Shown here: piece by piece, positions 52,959 through 64,000 of the stretch
Position numbering within the stretch: the first letter of the stretch is position 1
Layout of the letters: every line of letters begins with the position of its first letter
Source of the DNA: an uncultured Candidatus Saccharibacteria bacterium
GTDB lineage: Bacteria; Patescibacteriota; Minisyncoccia; Phycocordibacterales; UBA1550
Assembly: GCA_964642305.1 (NCBI GenBank)
Contig: CAZXOE010000001.1
Location: forward strand, 58,917-122,916
Direction: 5' to 3'
DNA length: 64,000 bases
Notes under the pieces: model-generated
What the model was told of the DNA's origin: nothing
Seen by the model: only the letters and a program-made list of their open reading frames with translations
Databases searched by the model: none
Position numbers and translations under genes: made by a program

Positions 52959-53327
52959 GTGAAAATTCTTAATGGTAGACATAACGGTAATGGTTCTCTT
53001 GGAAGAAGCTTAACTCATACGATTCTTTCAATTCCATGGTGCTGTGTTGTTTCGCTCAGTATTGCATTATTTACCACTACAGGCTCGCTGATTGGGTTCT
53101 TTTTTGACGAATTGATGCACGATGTAATACCGTTTCTTGTTGTATTTCACATTTACGGTATTTTCAGATATTTTCGTCATCCAGAGAAAACAAGAGGGCG
53201 GACATTGTTTCTTGTCGTCACAACCCTACTGTTCTTTGTGTCTGTTGGTTTTCATTTTACCGACCTTCATGACGACATTCTTGGTTATGATCATGATCAC
53301 GAAGAACATGGCCATGACCACTACTAA
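52959..53327 (+). CDS. small membrane protein with His-rich C-terminus (HDDILGYDHDHEEHGHDHY)
   Basis: AGGAG 7 nt upstream of the GTG at 52959. The track ATG at 52860 would overlap the Fur gene. Two or three TM helices. Confidence 0.45.
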   Translation: MKILNGRHNGNGSLGRSLTHTILSIPWCCVVSLSIALFTTTGSLIGFFFDELMHDVIPFLVVFHIYGIFRYFRHPEKTRGRTLFLVVTTLLFFVSVGFHFTDLHDDILGYDHDHEEHGHDHY

Positions 53328-53355
53328 CAAACAGCGCCCAAATAGGCGCTGTTTT

Positions 53356-53943
53356 CTATTTGATTGCCTGTTCTAATACTTCTAGAAGATCTTCACGACC
53401 CTTGCTAACACGTGCAGAGTATGGAAACGCCTGAACCCCAAGAGCAGCTTCAATTGCTTTTAAACTCTGTGAACGCTCTGTTTGATTTAGTCGGTCTATT
53501 TTATTCGCCACAACAACAAACGGAATATTTTCAGCACGAAGAATATCTGCCATTTCTTTATCATATGCCATTGGTCTAACAACTGAATCCACAATAAGCA
53601 CCACAAAATCCACATGAGCCTCTCCGCTTCCTAAATACCACAAAATAAGTTTGCGGATTTTTTCTGCGCCTTTTGCGCCCATGCGAGCAAAGCCGTATCC
53701 AGGGAGATCTACAAAGTAGAACTTTTTGTTAATTAAAAAAAAATTTATCTCTCTCGTTTTGCCAGGCATTGAGCTAGACTTTACAAGATTTTTCCTCATA
53801 AGAAGCGAGTTGATAACACTGGATTTTCCAACATTTGAGCGCCCAACAAACGCAATATTATGGTGCTTTTCCTTCAAAATTGGGTCTGTGCCGAGGATTC
53901 CCTTTACGAATTCTGCGCTAGTAATGTTCATACTTGTATTCAA
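53356..53943 (-). CDS. engB: ribosome-biogenesis GTPase EngB (YsxC/YihA)
   Basis: G1 GRSNVGKSS, G3 DLPGYG, G4 NKIDRL. Confidence 0.9.
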   Translation of the reverse strand: MNTSMNITSAEFVKGILGTDPILKEKHHNIAFVGRSNVGKSSVINSLLMRKNLVKSSSMPGKTREINFFLINKKFYFVDLPGYGFARMGAKGAEKIRKLILWYLGSGEAHVDFVVLIVDSVVRPMAYDKEMADILRAENIPFVVVANKIDRLNQTERSQSLKAIEAALGVQAFPYSARVSKGREDLLEVLEQAIK

Positions 53944-54013
53944 GCATAATGGAGGTGAAATTCAAAGTCTGTGATATACTACTACTACTTAATAAGTTTA
54001 ATATAAAAAAAAT

Positions 54014-54712
54014 ATGGAAGGAGAAAATACAACAACACAACCAGTACCACAGAATTATGCAATCCCATTTGCAATCGTTATCGCAGGACTTGCTATCGCA
54101 GGAGCAGTTTACTTTGGGGACGGGAGACAGCAGGCTGCAGTTGCGGGTATTCCAACCAGCTCAGTTGATGCTGTAAATTCTGATGACCATATTATAGGAA
54201 ACCCAAATGCGAAAATTGTTATTGTGGAGTACTCGGACACCGAGTGTCCTTTCTGTAAATCTTTTCATCCAACGATGCAAAAAATAATGAATGACTACGG
54301 TAACGATGGCAAAGTTGCGTGGGTCTATCGTCACTTCCCTCTCCCTTTCCACGCGAAGGCTCCGAGAGAAGCTGAGGCAACAGAGTGCGCAAATAAGCTT
54401 GGCGGAAATGCAAAATTTTGGGAATACCTTAATAACGTATTCCAAATAACGACTGGTAATGATAATCTTGACCTAGCCGAGCTTCCAAAAATTGCAGGAT
54501 CTATTGGTCTTGATATTGATGCATTCAATAAGTGTCTTGATAGTGGCGAGATGAAGGCAACAGTAGATAAACACATTGCAGGTGGTAAAAAAGCAGGAGT
54601 AAGTGGTACACCCTTTTCAATAATTCTTGTCAACAAAAAACCTGTATCAAGCATAAACGGCGCGCAACCATACGAACAGGTAAAGGCGCAGATTGATGCG
54701 CTTCTCAAATAA
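54014..54712 (+). CDS. DsbA-like thiol:disulfide oxidoreductase, membrane-anchored
   Basis: TM (IPFAIVIAGLAIAGAVYF), thioredoxin-fold CPFC active site (YSDTECPFCKSFHP). Confidence 0.8.
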   Translation: MEGENTTTQPVPQNYAIPFAIVIAGLAIAGAVYFGDGRQQAAVAGIPTSSVDAVNSDDHIIGNPNAKIVIVEYSDTECPFCKSFHPTMQKIMNDYGNDGKVAWVYRHFPLPFHAKAPREAEATECANKLGGNAKFWEYLNNVFQITTGNDNLDLAELPKIAGSIGLDIDAFNKCLDSGEMKATVDKHIAGGKKAGVSGTPFSIILVNKKPVSSINGAQPYEQVKAQIDALLK

Positions 54713-54764
54713 ACTCGTTCCTCTACACATAAAAACCTCCCCCCAAGGCGGTTTTTATAAGGTA

Positions 54765-54793
54765 TTGACAAAGAAGCTCCTTTTGTGTAAAAT
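54765..54793 (+). promoter_or_regulatory. sigma70-type promoter TTGACA-17 nt-TAAAAT
   Basis: ggtaTTGACAaagaagctccttttgtgTAAAATtaagg; consensus -35 and spacing. Confidence 0.5.
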
Positions 54794-54843
54794 TAAGGGG
54801 TTCTAATTTAGAGTTTGTTCTTTAACTTTTTTGGAGAAATGAA

Positions 54844-54990
54844 ATGAAATCAGTCCCCATCTATGTACGTATTGAGGCGTACAACATTGCCTTAAAAAGG
54901 GCGTTGATCAGAGCAGCTAAAGAGAGCATTACATGCCAGCTTCTCTTATTGCTCATGATCGGCACTGTTGTGTGCGAATTTCTGAAATAA
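54844..54990 (+). CDS. 48-aa small ORF (MKSVPIYVRIEAYNIALKRALIRAAKESITCQLLLLLMIGTVVCEFLK) with RBS GGAGA
   Basis: Lies between the promoter at 54765 and the terminator at 55049. Predicted amphipathic N-terminus plus one TM helix. Too short for the ORF track. It could instead be a non-coding sRNA. Confidence 0.35.
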   Translation: MKSVPIYVRIEAYNIALKRALIRAAKESITCQLLLLLMIGTVVCEFLK

Positions 54991-55048
54991 TGAAATAAGG
55001 GGAGCGCTAGCAGCCCATGCAATGATGTTCTTCACTGACAACCCAAAA

Positions 55049-55076
55049 GGCGGACACGCAGGTGTCCGTCTTTTTT
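55049..55076 (+). terminator. rho-independent terminator (CGGACAC gcag GTGTCCG + T6)
   Basis: aaaaggCGGACACgcagGTGTCCGtctttttt. Confidence 0.6.
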
Positions 55077-55119
55077 ACTTTCTCGTAAGGACATTACTAA
55101 TTATTGTGTGAGGCTCATT

Positions 55120-55215
55120 GAGACACAACTTTTTATGGGGTTGCGAGTGTGTCGACACGAGCATTTCAGGATTTTTTAAGCTTCAAAAAATCCGTACCGT
55201 AAAAAGTTGTGTCTC
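55120..55215. other. 96-nt element closed by a perfect 16-bp inverted repeat (GAGACACAACTTTTTA ... TAAAAAGTTGTGTCTC), downstream of rpoD
   Basis: Interior contains the palindrome GTGTCGACAC and the hairpin GGATTTTTT-aagcttc-AAAAAATCC. It is either the rpoD terminator region or a small structured RNA. Confidence 0.4.
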
Positions 55216-55238
55216 AAAAAGAGCCTGACCCTCAAAAA

Positions 55239-56525
55239 CTAGTAATTCCGCAACTTATCCACCTTGTCGTGCGCGCGGATTTTCTCTATCGCCTTCGCTT
55301 CAATTTGCCTAATTCGCTCACGAGTCACTTGGAACTCGCGACCGACTTCCTCAAGTGTATGTACTACGCCATCCACAAGTCCATGGCGAAGCTCAAGAAT
55401 CTTTCTCTCCTTTTCTGAAAGGTCGTTTAGGATTTCTTTCACTTGGTCTGAAAGAATTCGCTGAGCTGAATCCTGCGCAGGAGAAAGAATTTTATCATCT
55501 GCAATAAACTCGCCAAGTGTGGACTTATCATCATCATCACCGATAGGCTTTTCCAAAGACACCGTATCTTGGTCAATCTTTTTGATATTATAAATCTTTT
55601 CAACATCAAGACCCATCTCTGTAGCTACCTCTCCTGGAAGCGGTTCGCGCCCTAGGTCCTGCGACAAACGACGAACAACCTGCTTGTACTTTGAAATAGT
55701 TTCCACCATGTGCACAGGGATGCGAATTGTGCGCGACTGATCCGCAAGCGCGCGTGTAATTGCCTGACGAATCCACCAAGTCGCGTATGTTGAAAACTTG
55801 TAACCTTTTTCCCAATCAAACTTCTCTACCGCTTTAAATAGACCAATGTTCCCCTCCTGAATAAGGTCGAGCAAGGTAAGATCCGCGCTTCTGCCAACGT
55901 ACTTTTTTGCAATAGACACAACAAGACGAAGGTTTGCGCGCGCCAAAAGGTTCTTGCCCTCTTCGTCCCCCGCCTGAATACGCTGAGCGAGATCACGCTC
56001 TTCACTAGCAGAAATGAGCGGGTACTGACCAATCTCTTTCAAATACATTTGGATAGAATCGTATGATGAATCACCACTTTTATATGTATATTTTTTGTGC
56101 GTCAAAACCTCTTCTGGTTCAAGCTCCAGAAGTCCACCACTTTCCAAAATGTCCACTCCTGCATCACCAAGCTTTTCATACAATGTGTCAAGAAAAATAA
56201 CATCCTGCTCTACAGAGGGAAACTCCTTGAGAATTTCATTGTATGTGATGAAACCGCGACCACGACCCTTGAGTATCAAAAGTTGAGCCTTCTCTTCCCA
56301 GCCTTCAGTTGATTTTTTCTTTGTTGCGGGTTTTTTTGAAGCAGTCTTCTTTGCCAGCACTTTTTTAGGCGCTACTTTTTTTGTAGTCTTCTTTGCTGTT
56401 TTTGGAAGTTTCTTGACGACAGCTTTCGAACTAGCAAGTTCGCGTCTTGGACGTAAACTTACTTGCTTCTTGGCTGATTTCTTTGCTGGTTTATTACTTT
56501 TCTTTGTAGTTGTTTTTTTCGGCAT
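55239..56525 (-). CDS. rpoD: RNA polymerase sigma factor RpoD (sigma-70)
   Basis: Lys/Ala-rich N-terminus. Region 2 ([13 protein letters not shown]), region 3, region 4.2 ([23 protein letters not shown]). The ATG at 56525 (MPKKTT) lies 8 nt past the dnaG stop; the track start at 56582 would overlap dnaG. Confidence 0.9.
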   Translation of the reverse strand: MPKKTTTKKSNKPAKKSAKKQVSLRPRRELASSKAVVKKLPKTAKKTTKKVAPKKVLAKKTASKKPATKKKSTEGWEEKAQLLILKGRGRGFITYNEILKEFPSVEQDVIFLDTLYEKLGDAGVDILESGGLLELEPEEVLTHKKYTYKSGDSSYDSIQMYLKEIGQYPLISASEERDLAQRIQAGDEEGKNLLARANLRLVVSIAKKYVGRSADLTLLDLIQEGNIGLFKAVEKFDWEKGYKFSTYATWWIRQAITRALADQSRTIRIPVHMVETISKYKQVVRRLSQDLGREPLPGEVATEMGLDVEKIYNIKKIDQDTVSLEKPIGDDDDKSTLGEFIADDKILSPAQDSAQRILSDQVKEILNDLSEKERKILELRHGLVDGVVHTLEEVGREFQVTRERIRQIEAKAIEKIRAHDKVDKLRNY

Positions 56526-56533
56526 GATAGATT

Positions 56534-58249
56534 TTAAATATTTTTTGTTAGCTCGTGTAACTCTTTTGAAATTGTCTGACACTCTGCGAGTATTTTGCCT
56601 GCCTTAGTAACATCCCCTTCTGTTTCTGCTTGCTTCAACTCTGCCATCTTTGTCGTAAACTTTTCTTGAAGTATCTCCTCATTTAAAGTTTTTAAAAGGT
56701 CATTTAGTTCATCTTCTATGTGCTCGCTACCATGTAGTCGCGCTTCTGCTTCAAAAATAAGCTCATCTCCTAAAACTACATCAACAGGCGGTGAACCTTC
56801 AAGCAGTTTTGCATAGCGAACACGATAATCTTCTATATTGCTGATGGATTTTTCTTTTAATCCTTCCTGCCATCGTAACACACCCTCTATGACGCGAATA
56901 ATGCGTATGATCCTGGAAAGTGGCGGATTTAAGTATGCCAGTTTTTCAGTCTCTTGAACTACGTTCGCCATTGTTCCGCTTTTTTTTACTTCATCCCATA
57001 CTGGCTCCTCTTTTATCCCCAGAATTTTTGCTATTTCTCCAACATAATGACCCTGATCAATTGGGCTTTTCAACAACGCAACAAAAGGCACAACAATCTC
57101 TGTAACTTTTTTGCGAAGCTCTGCCTTGTCTTTATGTAGCGACGGCAATAGTTCCAAATACAAATCTATCACCTGTTTTGCGTCCTTTACAGCCGACACC
57201 CAATGCGAAGGATCATTGAGAGCAACATCAGCAGGATCCATTCCTTTTGGAAGACGGGCAATTCGTACTGACATATTTTGCTCTAGCGCGAGCACTACTG
57301 CGCGATGCGCCGCAGAAATTCCAGCGTCGTCTGCGTCAAACGCGAGCACAATATTTTTTGTGAAGCGTTTTATCATCTCTAAGTGTTCTGATGTTAAAGC
57401 AGTCCCCGATGATGCAACTGTGTTCTTTACACCTGCTTGATGTGAAAGAATAAGATCCATTTGCCCCTCCACAAGCACGCATGAATCTCCGTCACGAATA
57501 GCATCACGCGCTTGCGAAAGACCAAAAAGCGCGCGTGACTTGTGAAAGACCTCAGTCTCAGGACTGTTTACATACTTTGCCGAAGCAGAAGCGCCGAGTG
57601 TCTTCCCTGCTTCTTCTTTTAGAATTCGTCCAGAGAATGCGATAACGCGCCCCGAGCTATCCGTAATAGGAAACATCACACGCCCTCGAAACCTGTCATA
57701 GAATCCTTTCGGTGAACGCACAATAAGCCCAGCTCTCTCCATCACCTCTTCTTGTATGCCTTTCTTTGTAAGAAAGTCCCCTAGCGAGCGCCATTCGTCT
57801 GGAGCGAACCCAACACGAAAACTTTTTATAGTTTCTGGTGTCAGCCCGCGACTTGTGAGATACGAAACTGCCTCTCCGAACTTTGGCAGTACAGCCTCGT
57901 AAAACTTTGTAGCAAGCTCAAGCGCCGAAAAGATAGCGTCTCGCTCGTCTCTTGCTCCTGGCTTTTCACGAGTGAGTGTCACTCCAGCTCGGTCTGCAAG
58001 GAGCTTCAGCGCTCCCTGAAAATCAAGGCCTTCTATTTCCTCCACAAAAGAGATTACATCTCCACCCTTATTGCACCCAAAACAATGATATGTTTGGCGT
58101 GAAGACGAAATGAAAAATGAAGGTGTACGCTCGTGATGAAATGGGCAACACGCCTTGAAATTCCCCCCAGCTTTTTCAAGCTTGAGATATCCGCCGGCAA
58201 CATCAACAATGTTGAGTCGTGATTTTATATCTTCGATGATTGATGACAT
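56534..58249 (-). CDS. dnaG: DNA primase DnaG
   Basis: Zinc ribbon [11 protein letters not shown]...CFGC, RNA-polymerase domain, TOPRIM (VLVEGQMD...DADDAG). Confidence 0.9.
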   Translation of the reverse strand: MSSIIEDIKSRLNIVDVAGGYLKLEKAGGNFKACCPFHHERTPSFFISSSRQTYHCFGCNKGGDVISFVEEIEGLDFQGALKLLADRAGVTLTREKPGARDERDAIFSALELATKFYEAVLPKFGEAVSYLTSRGLTPETIKSFRVGFAPDEWRSLGDFLTKKGIQEEVMERAGLIVRSPKGFYDRFRGRVMFPITDSSGRVIAFSGRILKEEAGKTLGASASAKYVNSPETEVFHKSRALFGLSQARDAIRDGDSCVLVEGQMDLILSHQAGVKNTVASSGTALTSEHLEMIKRFTKNIVLAFDADDAGISAAHRAVVLALEQNMSVRIARLPKGMDPADVALNDPSHWVSAVKDAKQVIDLYLELLPSLHKDKAELRKKVTEIVVPFVALLKSPIDQGHYVGEIAKILGIKEEPVWDEVKKSGTMANVVQETEKLAYLNPPLSRIIRIIRVIEGVLRWQEGLKEKSISNIEDYRVRYAKLLEGSPPVDVVLGDELIFEAEARLHGSEHIEDELNDLLKTLNEEILQEKFTTKMAELKQAETEGDVTKAGKILAECQTISKELHELTKNI

Positions 58250-58292
58250 GCGATTTTGTATATATTACCGCGCACTCACCGAACACGACGTG

Positions 58293-61200
58293 CTACGCTA
58301 CTTCTTCTGCTACCTCTCCTGGTAGTTCGCGCACTCCGCCATTCTTTCCGAATCCTGTTCCAGCTGGAATAAGGTGACCAATGATAACATTTTCCTTAAG
58401 ACCACGAAGCGTGTCAACTCCACCCTGAATTGCAGTGTCAATGAGAACACGTGTTGTGTTTTCAAACGACGCTGCCGACAACCAGCTCTTTGTAGTAAGA
58501 GCAACCACCGAGATACCAAGCACAACAATCTCTCCCTTTGCCTTTTCTCCACCCATTTTTTCCACACGCTCATTTTCGTGAGCAAGCTCCCCCTGCTCTA
58601 CAACCTCCCCGAGGTTGAACATCGTATCACCAGAATCCTTAATCTTTCTACGTGAGAACATTTGGCGAATGATCACCTCAATATGCTTTCGTGAGATTGA
58701 CGCGCCCTGAAGCTCATAAATCTTTAGAACCTCGGTAATAATGTAGTTTTCAGCAGCGTCTTTTCCAGCATATTGGAACACCTCCGCAATATCCGCTGAA
58801 CCGTCTGAAAGATGTTGCCCCTTTGAAACAGCATCTCCAACTTTTACAAACGGTGAACGCTTTGCAGATGTCTCGTACTCTATTGCCTCGCCTTTCTTTT
58901 TACCCTCTCCTTCAGAAGGAAGCACCTTGATAATGAGCTCCTTTTCATTTCTAATTACCTCGGTAATTACACCATTTGTGTGAGAAATAATCGCAAGACT
59001 CTTTGGCTCACGTTTCTCAAAGATTTCTTCAACGCGAGGAAGACCCATAGTGATGTCACCTCCAGCAGACGCAATACCTCCAGAGTGGAAAGTACGCATA
59101 GTAAGCTGTGTTCCAGGCTCACCAATAGCTTGCGCCGCGATAATACCCACTGCCTCACCGATTTCTACAAGCTCGTTTCTACCAATATCAAGACCGTAAC
59201 ACGTACGACAAATGCCGTGTGAAGTCTTGCATGAAAGTGGGGAACGAACATGCGCCTCAGTAACACCACGGGATTCAGCATCCTTTGCATCTGCCTTGGA
59301 CATCAAGTGACCTTTTTTATAAATTACTGTGCCATCAGCAAGAGCCATATCACGTACAAGCACGCGCCCTTTCAAGTTGCGTGAAAGAAGGATGTCAAAT
59401 CCAACTAGGTTCTCTTTGCGAATGATTTTACCCTCCTTGTCTCCACAATCCTCTTCTGTGATGATAGCGTCCTGCGCAACATCAACAATACGACGAGTAA
59501 GGTAACCTGCCTTTGCTGTTTGAAGAGCGGTGTCAGCAAGACCTTTACGCGAACCGTGAGTTGTAATGAAGTATTCCACTGGAGACAAACCTTCCTTGCT
59601 TGATGGAATAATTGGGAAGTCAATCGTGCGTCCTGCAGTATTGATAATCATACCCATCATACCTCCCATCTGGAGAATCTGCGCAATGGAACCGCGAGCT
59701 CCTGACTTCAACATGTCTTCCACTGAACCATTCTTATCAAGTGTTCCTGGCATAAACTTTTCAATCTCTCCGCGAGCTCCCTGCCAACACTCAATGGTGC
59801 GACGATAACGCTCGTCTTCAGAAAGAAGGCCGTCGTTAAACTCAGAACGAATTTCTTCAGCCTCTATTCTTGCCTTAGCAATGATTCCCTTTTTCTCAGC
59901 AGGAATCTTGATTTCATCAATACCCCAAGTGATGCCAGCTTTTGTAACGTACTTGAAACCAAAGTCCTTGATCTTGTCCAAAATTGGAGGAGTTGCGTCA
60001 ATGCCGTATTTATTAATGATCTCATCAATAATCGCCTCAAGTTCTTTTTGCGTAATCTCCTTGTTCACATATGTGAAATCAGAAGGAAGCACGCTGTTAA
60101 AGAGTAGGCGCCCTACTGTAGTTTCAAAAGGCTTGCCTTCAAAAACTGCATACTTTTGAGAATCAGTACCCATAACTTTAATCTTTGCGCGATAGCTCAC
60201 TGCGTCAAAGTCGTACGCTGTAATAGCGCTGTTTGGTGTAGGGAAAATTTTACCCTCTCCCTTTGCGCCTTCTACAATCTTTGTCATTGAGTAGCAACCA
60301 AGTGGAATATCAAGTTTTGGCTTTACAATAGGATCGCCGTTGCCTGGCCCGAGAAGGTTCTTGTTTGCGGCCATAAGCTTCCCTGCTTCTTCTTGAGCAG
60401 ATTTTGAAAGTGGCACGTGTACCGCCATTTGGTCTCCGTCGAAGTCCGCGTTAAATGCGGCACATACGAGTGGATGCACCTGAATAGCGTTTCCTTCAAT
60501 AAGTACTGGGTGGAACGCTTGGATGCCGAGTCGGTGAAGAGTTGGCGCGCGGTTCAAAAGAACATACTTGCCCTTAATCACTTCCTCAAGAATAGCCCAG
60601 ACCTCAGCGACACTGTCGTCAATAAGTTTGTTTGCTCCGCGAATGTTATACGCAAGTTCGCGCTCAATAATTTTTGAAACTATGAATGGACGGAAGAGCT
60701 CTAGCGCCATGTGCTTTGGAAGACCGCACTGGTCTAAGCGAAGACGCGGGCCAACCACAATTACCGAGCGGCCCGAGTAGTCTACGCGCTTACCGAGGAG
60801 GTTTTGACGAAAGAGACCTTGCTTGCCTTTCAATGTGTCAGCGAGAGACTTCAATGTGCGCTTCTGCGCAGCGTTCATAGCCACAGACTGCACGCGACGG
60901 ATTGAATTGTCTATTAGAGAGTCTACCGCTTCCTGGAGAATACGCTTTTCATTACGGAGGATAACATCCGGCGCGCCGATAGCCATAAGTTTTTTCAAAC
61001 GATTGTTGCGGTTTATTACGCGACGATAAAGGTCGTTTAAGTCAGATGTCGCATGCCTACCACCCTCAAGCGCTACCATCGGGCGAAGCGCTGGTGGAAT
61101 AATTGGAATGACCGAGATGAACATCCACTCAGGACGCACACCAGAGTTAATGAGTGACTTCACTATACCCAATCGCTTATGAAGCTTCGCGCGCTCAACA

Positions 61201-61931
61201 GCGCCTGCCTTTTCAAGCTCAGACTGAAGCTTCTCGCGAAACTTTACCAAATCAATCTTCTTGAAAATATTGTAGATTGCCTCTGCGCCAATACCTGCTT
61301 CAAATGCTGTTCCGTACTTTAGAGCAAACTTATGGTAAGTCATTTCATCAAGAACCTTGCCTTCAACAAGAGATTCAAGCTCGCGCTTTGTGCTAAGAAG
61401 AAGCTCCTTCAATTTTTCCTTTCCATTTTCATCAGTGAGCGTCTTTGATTTATTTTTGTACTCCTGGTCAAGCTCCTTTAGGAAGTTGTCGCGCTCTGTT
61501 GTGTTTACACTTGTAATAATGTATCCAGCAAAGTAAATAACTTTCTCAAGATCAACAATAGGAAGATTGAGAAGAAGCCCCATGCGTGACGGAATAGAAC
61601 GAAGGAACCAAATGTGCGCGACAGGTGAAGCAAGCTCTATGTGCCCCATTCTCTCGCGACGAACAATAGAGCGAGTAACCTCAACTCCGCATTTCTCACA
61701 AATAATATTCTTGTAACGAATGCGCTTGTATTTTCCACAGTAACATTCGAAGTCCTTTTCTGGCCCGAAGATACGCTCGTCAAAAAGACCTCCACGCTCG
61801 CTTCTCTGTGTGCGATAGTTGATAGTCTCCGGCTTTGTAACCTCGCCGTAAGACCATTCCTTGATGCGTTCAGGAGATGCAAGCTTGAGAACGATTTCGT
61901 CGAAATTCTGTAATTCGCGTAGTGTTTTCAT
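58293..61931 (-). CDS. rpoC: DNA-directed RNA polymerase subunit beta' (RpoC)
   Basis: Zn-binding CYCGKY...CEKCG. Catalytic [14 protein letters not shown]. Trigger loop and C-terminal conserved blocks. 1212 aa. Confidence 0.95.
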   Translation of the reverse strand: MKTLRELQNFDEIVLKLASPERIKEWSYGEVTKPETINYRTQRSERGGLFDERIFGPEKDFECYCGKYKRIRYKNIICEKCGVEVTRSIVRRERMGHIELASPVAHIWFLRSIPSRMGLLLNLPIVDLEKVIYFAGYIITSVNTTERDNFLKELDQEYKNKSKTLTDENGKEKLKELLLSTKRELESLVEGKVLDEMTYHKFALKYGTAFEAGIGAEAIYNIFKKIDLVKFREKLQSELEKAGAVERAKLHKRLGIVKSLINSGVRPEWMFISVIPIIPPALRPMVALEGGRHATSDLNDLYRRVINRNNRLKKLMAIGAPDVILRNEKRILQEAVDSLIDNSIRRVQSVAMNAAQKRTLKSLADTLKGKQGLFRQNLLGKRVDYSGRSVIVVGPRLRLDQCGLPKHMALELFRPFIVSKIIERELAYNIRGANKLIDDSVAEVWAILEEVIKGKYVLLNRAPTLHRLGIQAFHPVLIEGNAIQVHPLVCAAFNADFDGDQMAVHVPLSKSAQEEAGKLMAANKNLLGPGNGDPIVKPKLDIPLGCYSMTKIVEGAKGEGKIFPTPNSAITAYDFDAVSYRAKIKVMGTDSQKYAVFEGKPFETTVGRLLFNSVLPSDFTYVNKEITQKELEAIIDEIINKYGIDATPPILDKIKDFGFKYVTKAGITWGIDEIKIPAEKKGIIAKARIEAEEIRSEFNDGLLSEDERYRRTIECWQGARGEIEKFMPGTLDKNGSVEDMLKSGARGSIAQILQMGGMMGMIINTAGRTIDFPIIPSSKEGLSPVEYFITTHGSRKGLADTALQTAKAGYLTRRIVDVAQDAIITEEDCGDKEGKIIRKENLVGFDILLSRNLKGRVLVRDMALADGTVIYKKGHLMSKADAKDAESRGVTEAHVRSPLSCKTSHGICRTCYGLDIGRNELVEIGEAVGIIAAQAIGEPGTQLTMRTFHSGGIASAGGDITMGLPRVEEIFEKREPKSLAIISHTNGVITEVIRNEKELIIKVLPSEGEGKKKGEAIEYETSAKRSPFVKVGDAVSKGQHLSDGSADIAEVFQYAGKDAAENYIITEVLKIYELQGASISRKHIEVIIRQMFSRRKIKDSGDTMFNLGEVVEQGELAHENERVEKMGGEKAKGEIVVLGISVVALTTKSWLSAASFENTTRVLIDTAIQGGVDTLRGLKENVIIGHLIPAGTGFGKNGGVRELPGEVAEEVA

Positions 61932-61932
61932 A

Positions 61933-64000
61933 TTATTTTTTCTTATTGAGCGAAATGTCGAGTGAGAGCCCGCGTAGATAATTTAGTAATACATTGAACG
62001 ACTCAGGAATGTTTGTGCTTGTGATGTCGTTGCCTTTCACAATTGCATCAAATGCCTCCGAACGACCTGAAATATCGTCTGATTTAATAGTGAGCATTTC
62101 GCGAAGTACGTGCGACGCGCCGTAACCTTCCAAAGCCCACACTTCCATTTCTCCAAAACGCTGACCTCCACCTTGCGCCTTTCCGCCAAGTGGCTGTTGC
62201 GTGATGAGAGAGTACGGCCCGATGGAACGCATATGAATCTTGTCCTCAACCATGTGGTTAAGTTTCAAAATGTACATATAACCAACCGCAATGTCTTGAT
62301 CGAAACTGTCGCCAGTGCGTCCGTCAAAGAGTGGCATCTTTCCATCTTCACGATAACCAGCTTTCACAAGCTCGCCTTTTATCTCATCCACTGTTGCTCC
62401 CATAAATGGAGGGACGATAGCCTGGTAGCCAAGAGTGTAAGCCGCGAGACCAAGGTGAAGCTCAAGAATCTGTCCCAAGTTCATACGAGAAGGCACACCA
62501 AGCGGTGTAAGAACCACATCCACAGGAGTACCGTCTGCCATATATGGCATATCCTCTTCAGGAAGAATCACCGAGATAACACCTTTGTTACCGTGGCGTC
62601 CTGCGAGCTTGTCGCCAACAGAAATGTTACGCACTTGCGCAACTTCAATGTGAATCTTCTTTATAATACCGCTGTCTAGCGCGTCACCTTTTTCACGAGA
62701 GAAAACTTTTACACCAATAACACGACCACGCTTGCCGTGATCCATACGAAGTGAAGTGTCTTTTACATCACGAGCTTTGTCTCCAAAAATACTGCGGAGG
62801 AGTCGCTCTTCTGGTGTGAGTTCTGTCTCGCCCTTTGGTGTAATCTTTCCAACCAAAATATCGCCTGAGTGAACCTCTGCTCCGATACGGATAATTCCGT
62901 CCTCGTCCAAGTCCTTCAATTTCAATTCTCCGACGTTTGGAATATCGTGAGTTGTCACCTCGGGCCCGAGCTTTGTGTCACGAACGTTCACAACAAACTC
63001 ATCCATGTGAATAGATGTAAACTTGCTGTCCTTTACGAGACGCTCAGAAAGAATAATAGCGTCTTCGTAGTTGGAACCTGCCCACGACATAAATGCCACA
63101 AGAGCGTTTTGTCCGATAGCAATCTGACCCTTGTCCGACGATGAGGTGTCTGCAAGCACTGCGCCCTTTTTAACCTTGTCGCCCACATTTACAATAGGAC
63201 GCTGATGGAACGCTGTGAAGCCGTTTGTGCGTGAGAATGTTACGAGGTTGTTTACATGCTCCTTGCCCTTCTCATCCTTCAAAATAATCTTTTTTGAGTC
63301 TGAGTGTGTGATAGTACCGTCTACTTCTGCAATGACGAGACGCCCTGTGTCGCGAGCAGCCATTCCCTCCATACCAGTAGCAACTAGCGGAGCCTCTGGT
63401 ACAACAACAGGGATAGCCTGTTTCTGCATGTTGGAACCCATGAGCGCGCGGTTCGCGTTATCGTGTTCCAAAAATGGAATCATAGATGTAGCCACAGAGT
63501 ATGCTTGGTTTGCGGCGATGTCCATATAGTGCACATCTGCGCGATCTACAAGCTCAGGGTGTCCAGCGCGGCGCACTTCCACTTTCTCTTCAACGATTTG
63601 GTCGCCGTCCATCTTTAGAGACGCGTGCGCGATGTTATACTGCTCTTCCTCTAGAGCGTCCATGTACACGATTTCCTTTGTGATTTTGCCCTTAGTTACC
63701 TTTACATAAGGAGTTTCAATCATTCCGAAATCATTGATACGAGCGTAGCAAGAAAGGCGGAGAATAAGACCAATGTTTGGACCTTCTGGTGTGTGAATAG
63801 GGCAAAGGCGTCCGTAGTGCGAAGTGTGCACGTCACGAACTTCAATACCTGCTCGCTCGCGAGTGAGACCACCTGGCCCAAGCGCTGAGAAAGTACGAAG
63901 AAGCTCAATCTCAGAAAGCACGTTGTACTGACTCATAAACTGTGAGAGCTGGTTTGTCGCAAAAAATTCCTTTAGTCGCGCCTGAAGCGGACGAGGGGAA
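61933..64000 (-). CDS. rpoB: DNA-directed RNA polymerase subunit beta (RpoB), 3' portion; gene continues past window end
   Basis: The frame stays open upstream of the first Met ([20 protein letters not shown]...[13 protein letters not shown]). Conserved blocks [26 protein letters not shown] and the C-terminal [17 protein letters not shown]-like segment. The stop abuts the rpoC start. Confidence 0.95.
   Translation of the reverse strand, partial: [688 protein letters not shown]

Noticed and set aside
1-64000. CRISPR arrays, tRNA and rRNA genes
   Set aside because: Scanned intergenic regions and repeats by eye. All repeats found are palindromes or heptamer arrays without the regular direct-repeat/spacer periodicity of CRISPR. 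No T-arm GGTTCGA(A/T)TCC-type boxes and no rRNA-like segments were seen.

Overview
This 64-kb window is low-GC and densely coded, and it looks like a Candidate Phyla Radiation (Patescibacteria/Parcubacteria-like) bacterium. That taxon is my inference from gene content only: many type IV pilin genes with the GFTLLELLIV N-terminus, small single-domain regulators, and an rpoB-rpoC-dnaG-rpoD block. No rRNA, tRNA or CRISPR array was found.

Gene content in order along the window:
- 1-3.4 kb: a truncated sensor gene running off the window start, then a PAS/HAMP histidine kinase and a CheY-like receiver.
- 3.4-7.7 kb: a large Thr-rich surface protein with Ig-like repeats and a C-terminal type-I dockerin, followed immediately by a membrane-anchored protein with a cohesin-like domain.
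- 7.8-19.6 kb: a bacterial SET-domain protein, a flavoprotein, a PAS membrane protein, a P-type ATPase, an MgtE-like transporter, and two MacAB-type ABC efflux modules with a HlyD-type adaptor.
- 19.6-20.4 kb: a PaaX-family regulator paralog bracketed by two copies of a long perfect palindrome.
- 20.4-28.3 kb: a minus-strand operon of two pseudopilins with heptanucleotide repeats in their 5' ends, a secreted protein with a perfect 287-bp internal tandem duplication, a membrane protein, and a 1572-aa Ig/Fn3/IPT-rich giant surface protein.
- 28.5-46 kb: glgA, then a dispersed type IV pilus locus with four more pilins, an NYN nuclease, PilC, a 112-nt structured intergenic element, PilB, a second PaaX paralog flanked by a second palindrome family, a prepilin-peptidase-like protein, an HNH endonuclease, an IS481-like insertion sequence, two receivers plus a paralogous kinase, a PilM-PilN fusion, PilO-like and LytR_C proteins.
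- 46-55 kb: a GC-richer hypothetical ORF, an FAD-linked oxidase, copper nitrite reductase NirK, a Zn/Mn ABC uptake system (znuABC-like) with a Fur/Zur regulator, EngB, and a DsbA-like protein.
- 55.2-64 kb: rpoD, dnaG, rpoC and the 3' part of rpoB.

The items most worth a second look are:
- the adjacent cohesin-dockerin pair next to a two-component system;
- the pilus-linked giant adhesin operon, with repeat-bearing 5' regions that may be phase-variable;
- the palindrome-bracketed PaaX-like paralogs;
- nirK in this lineage;
- several structured non-coding elements.
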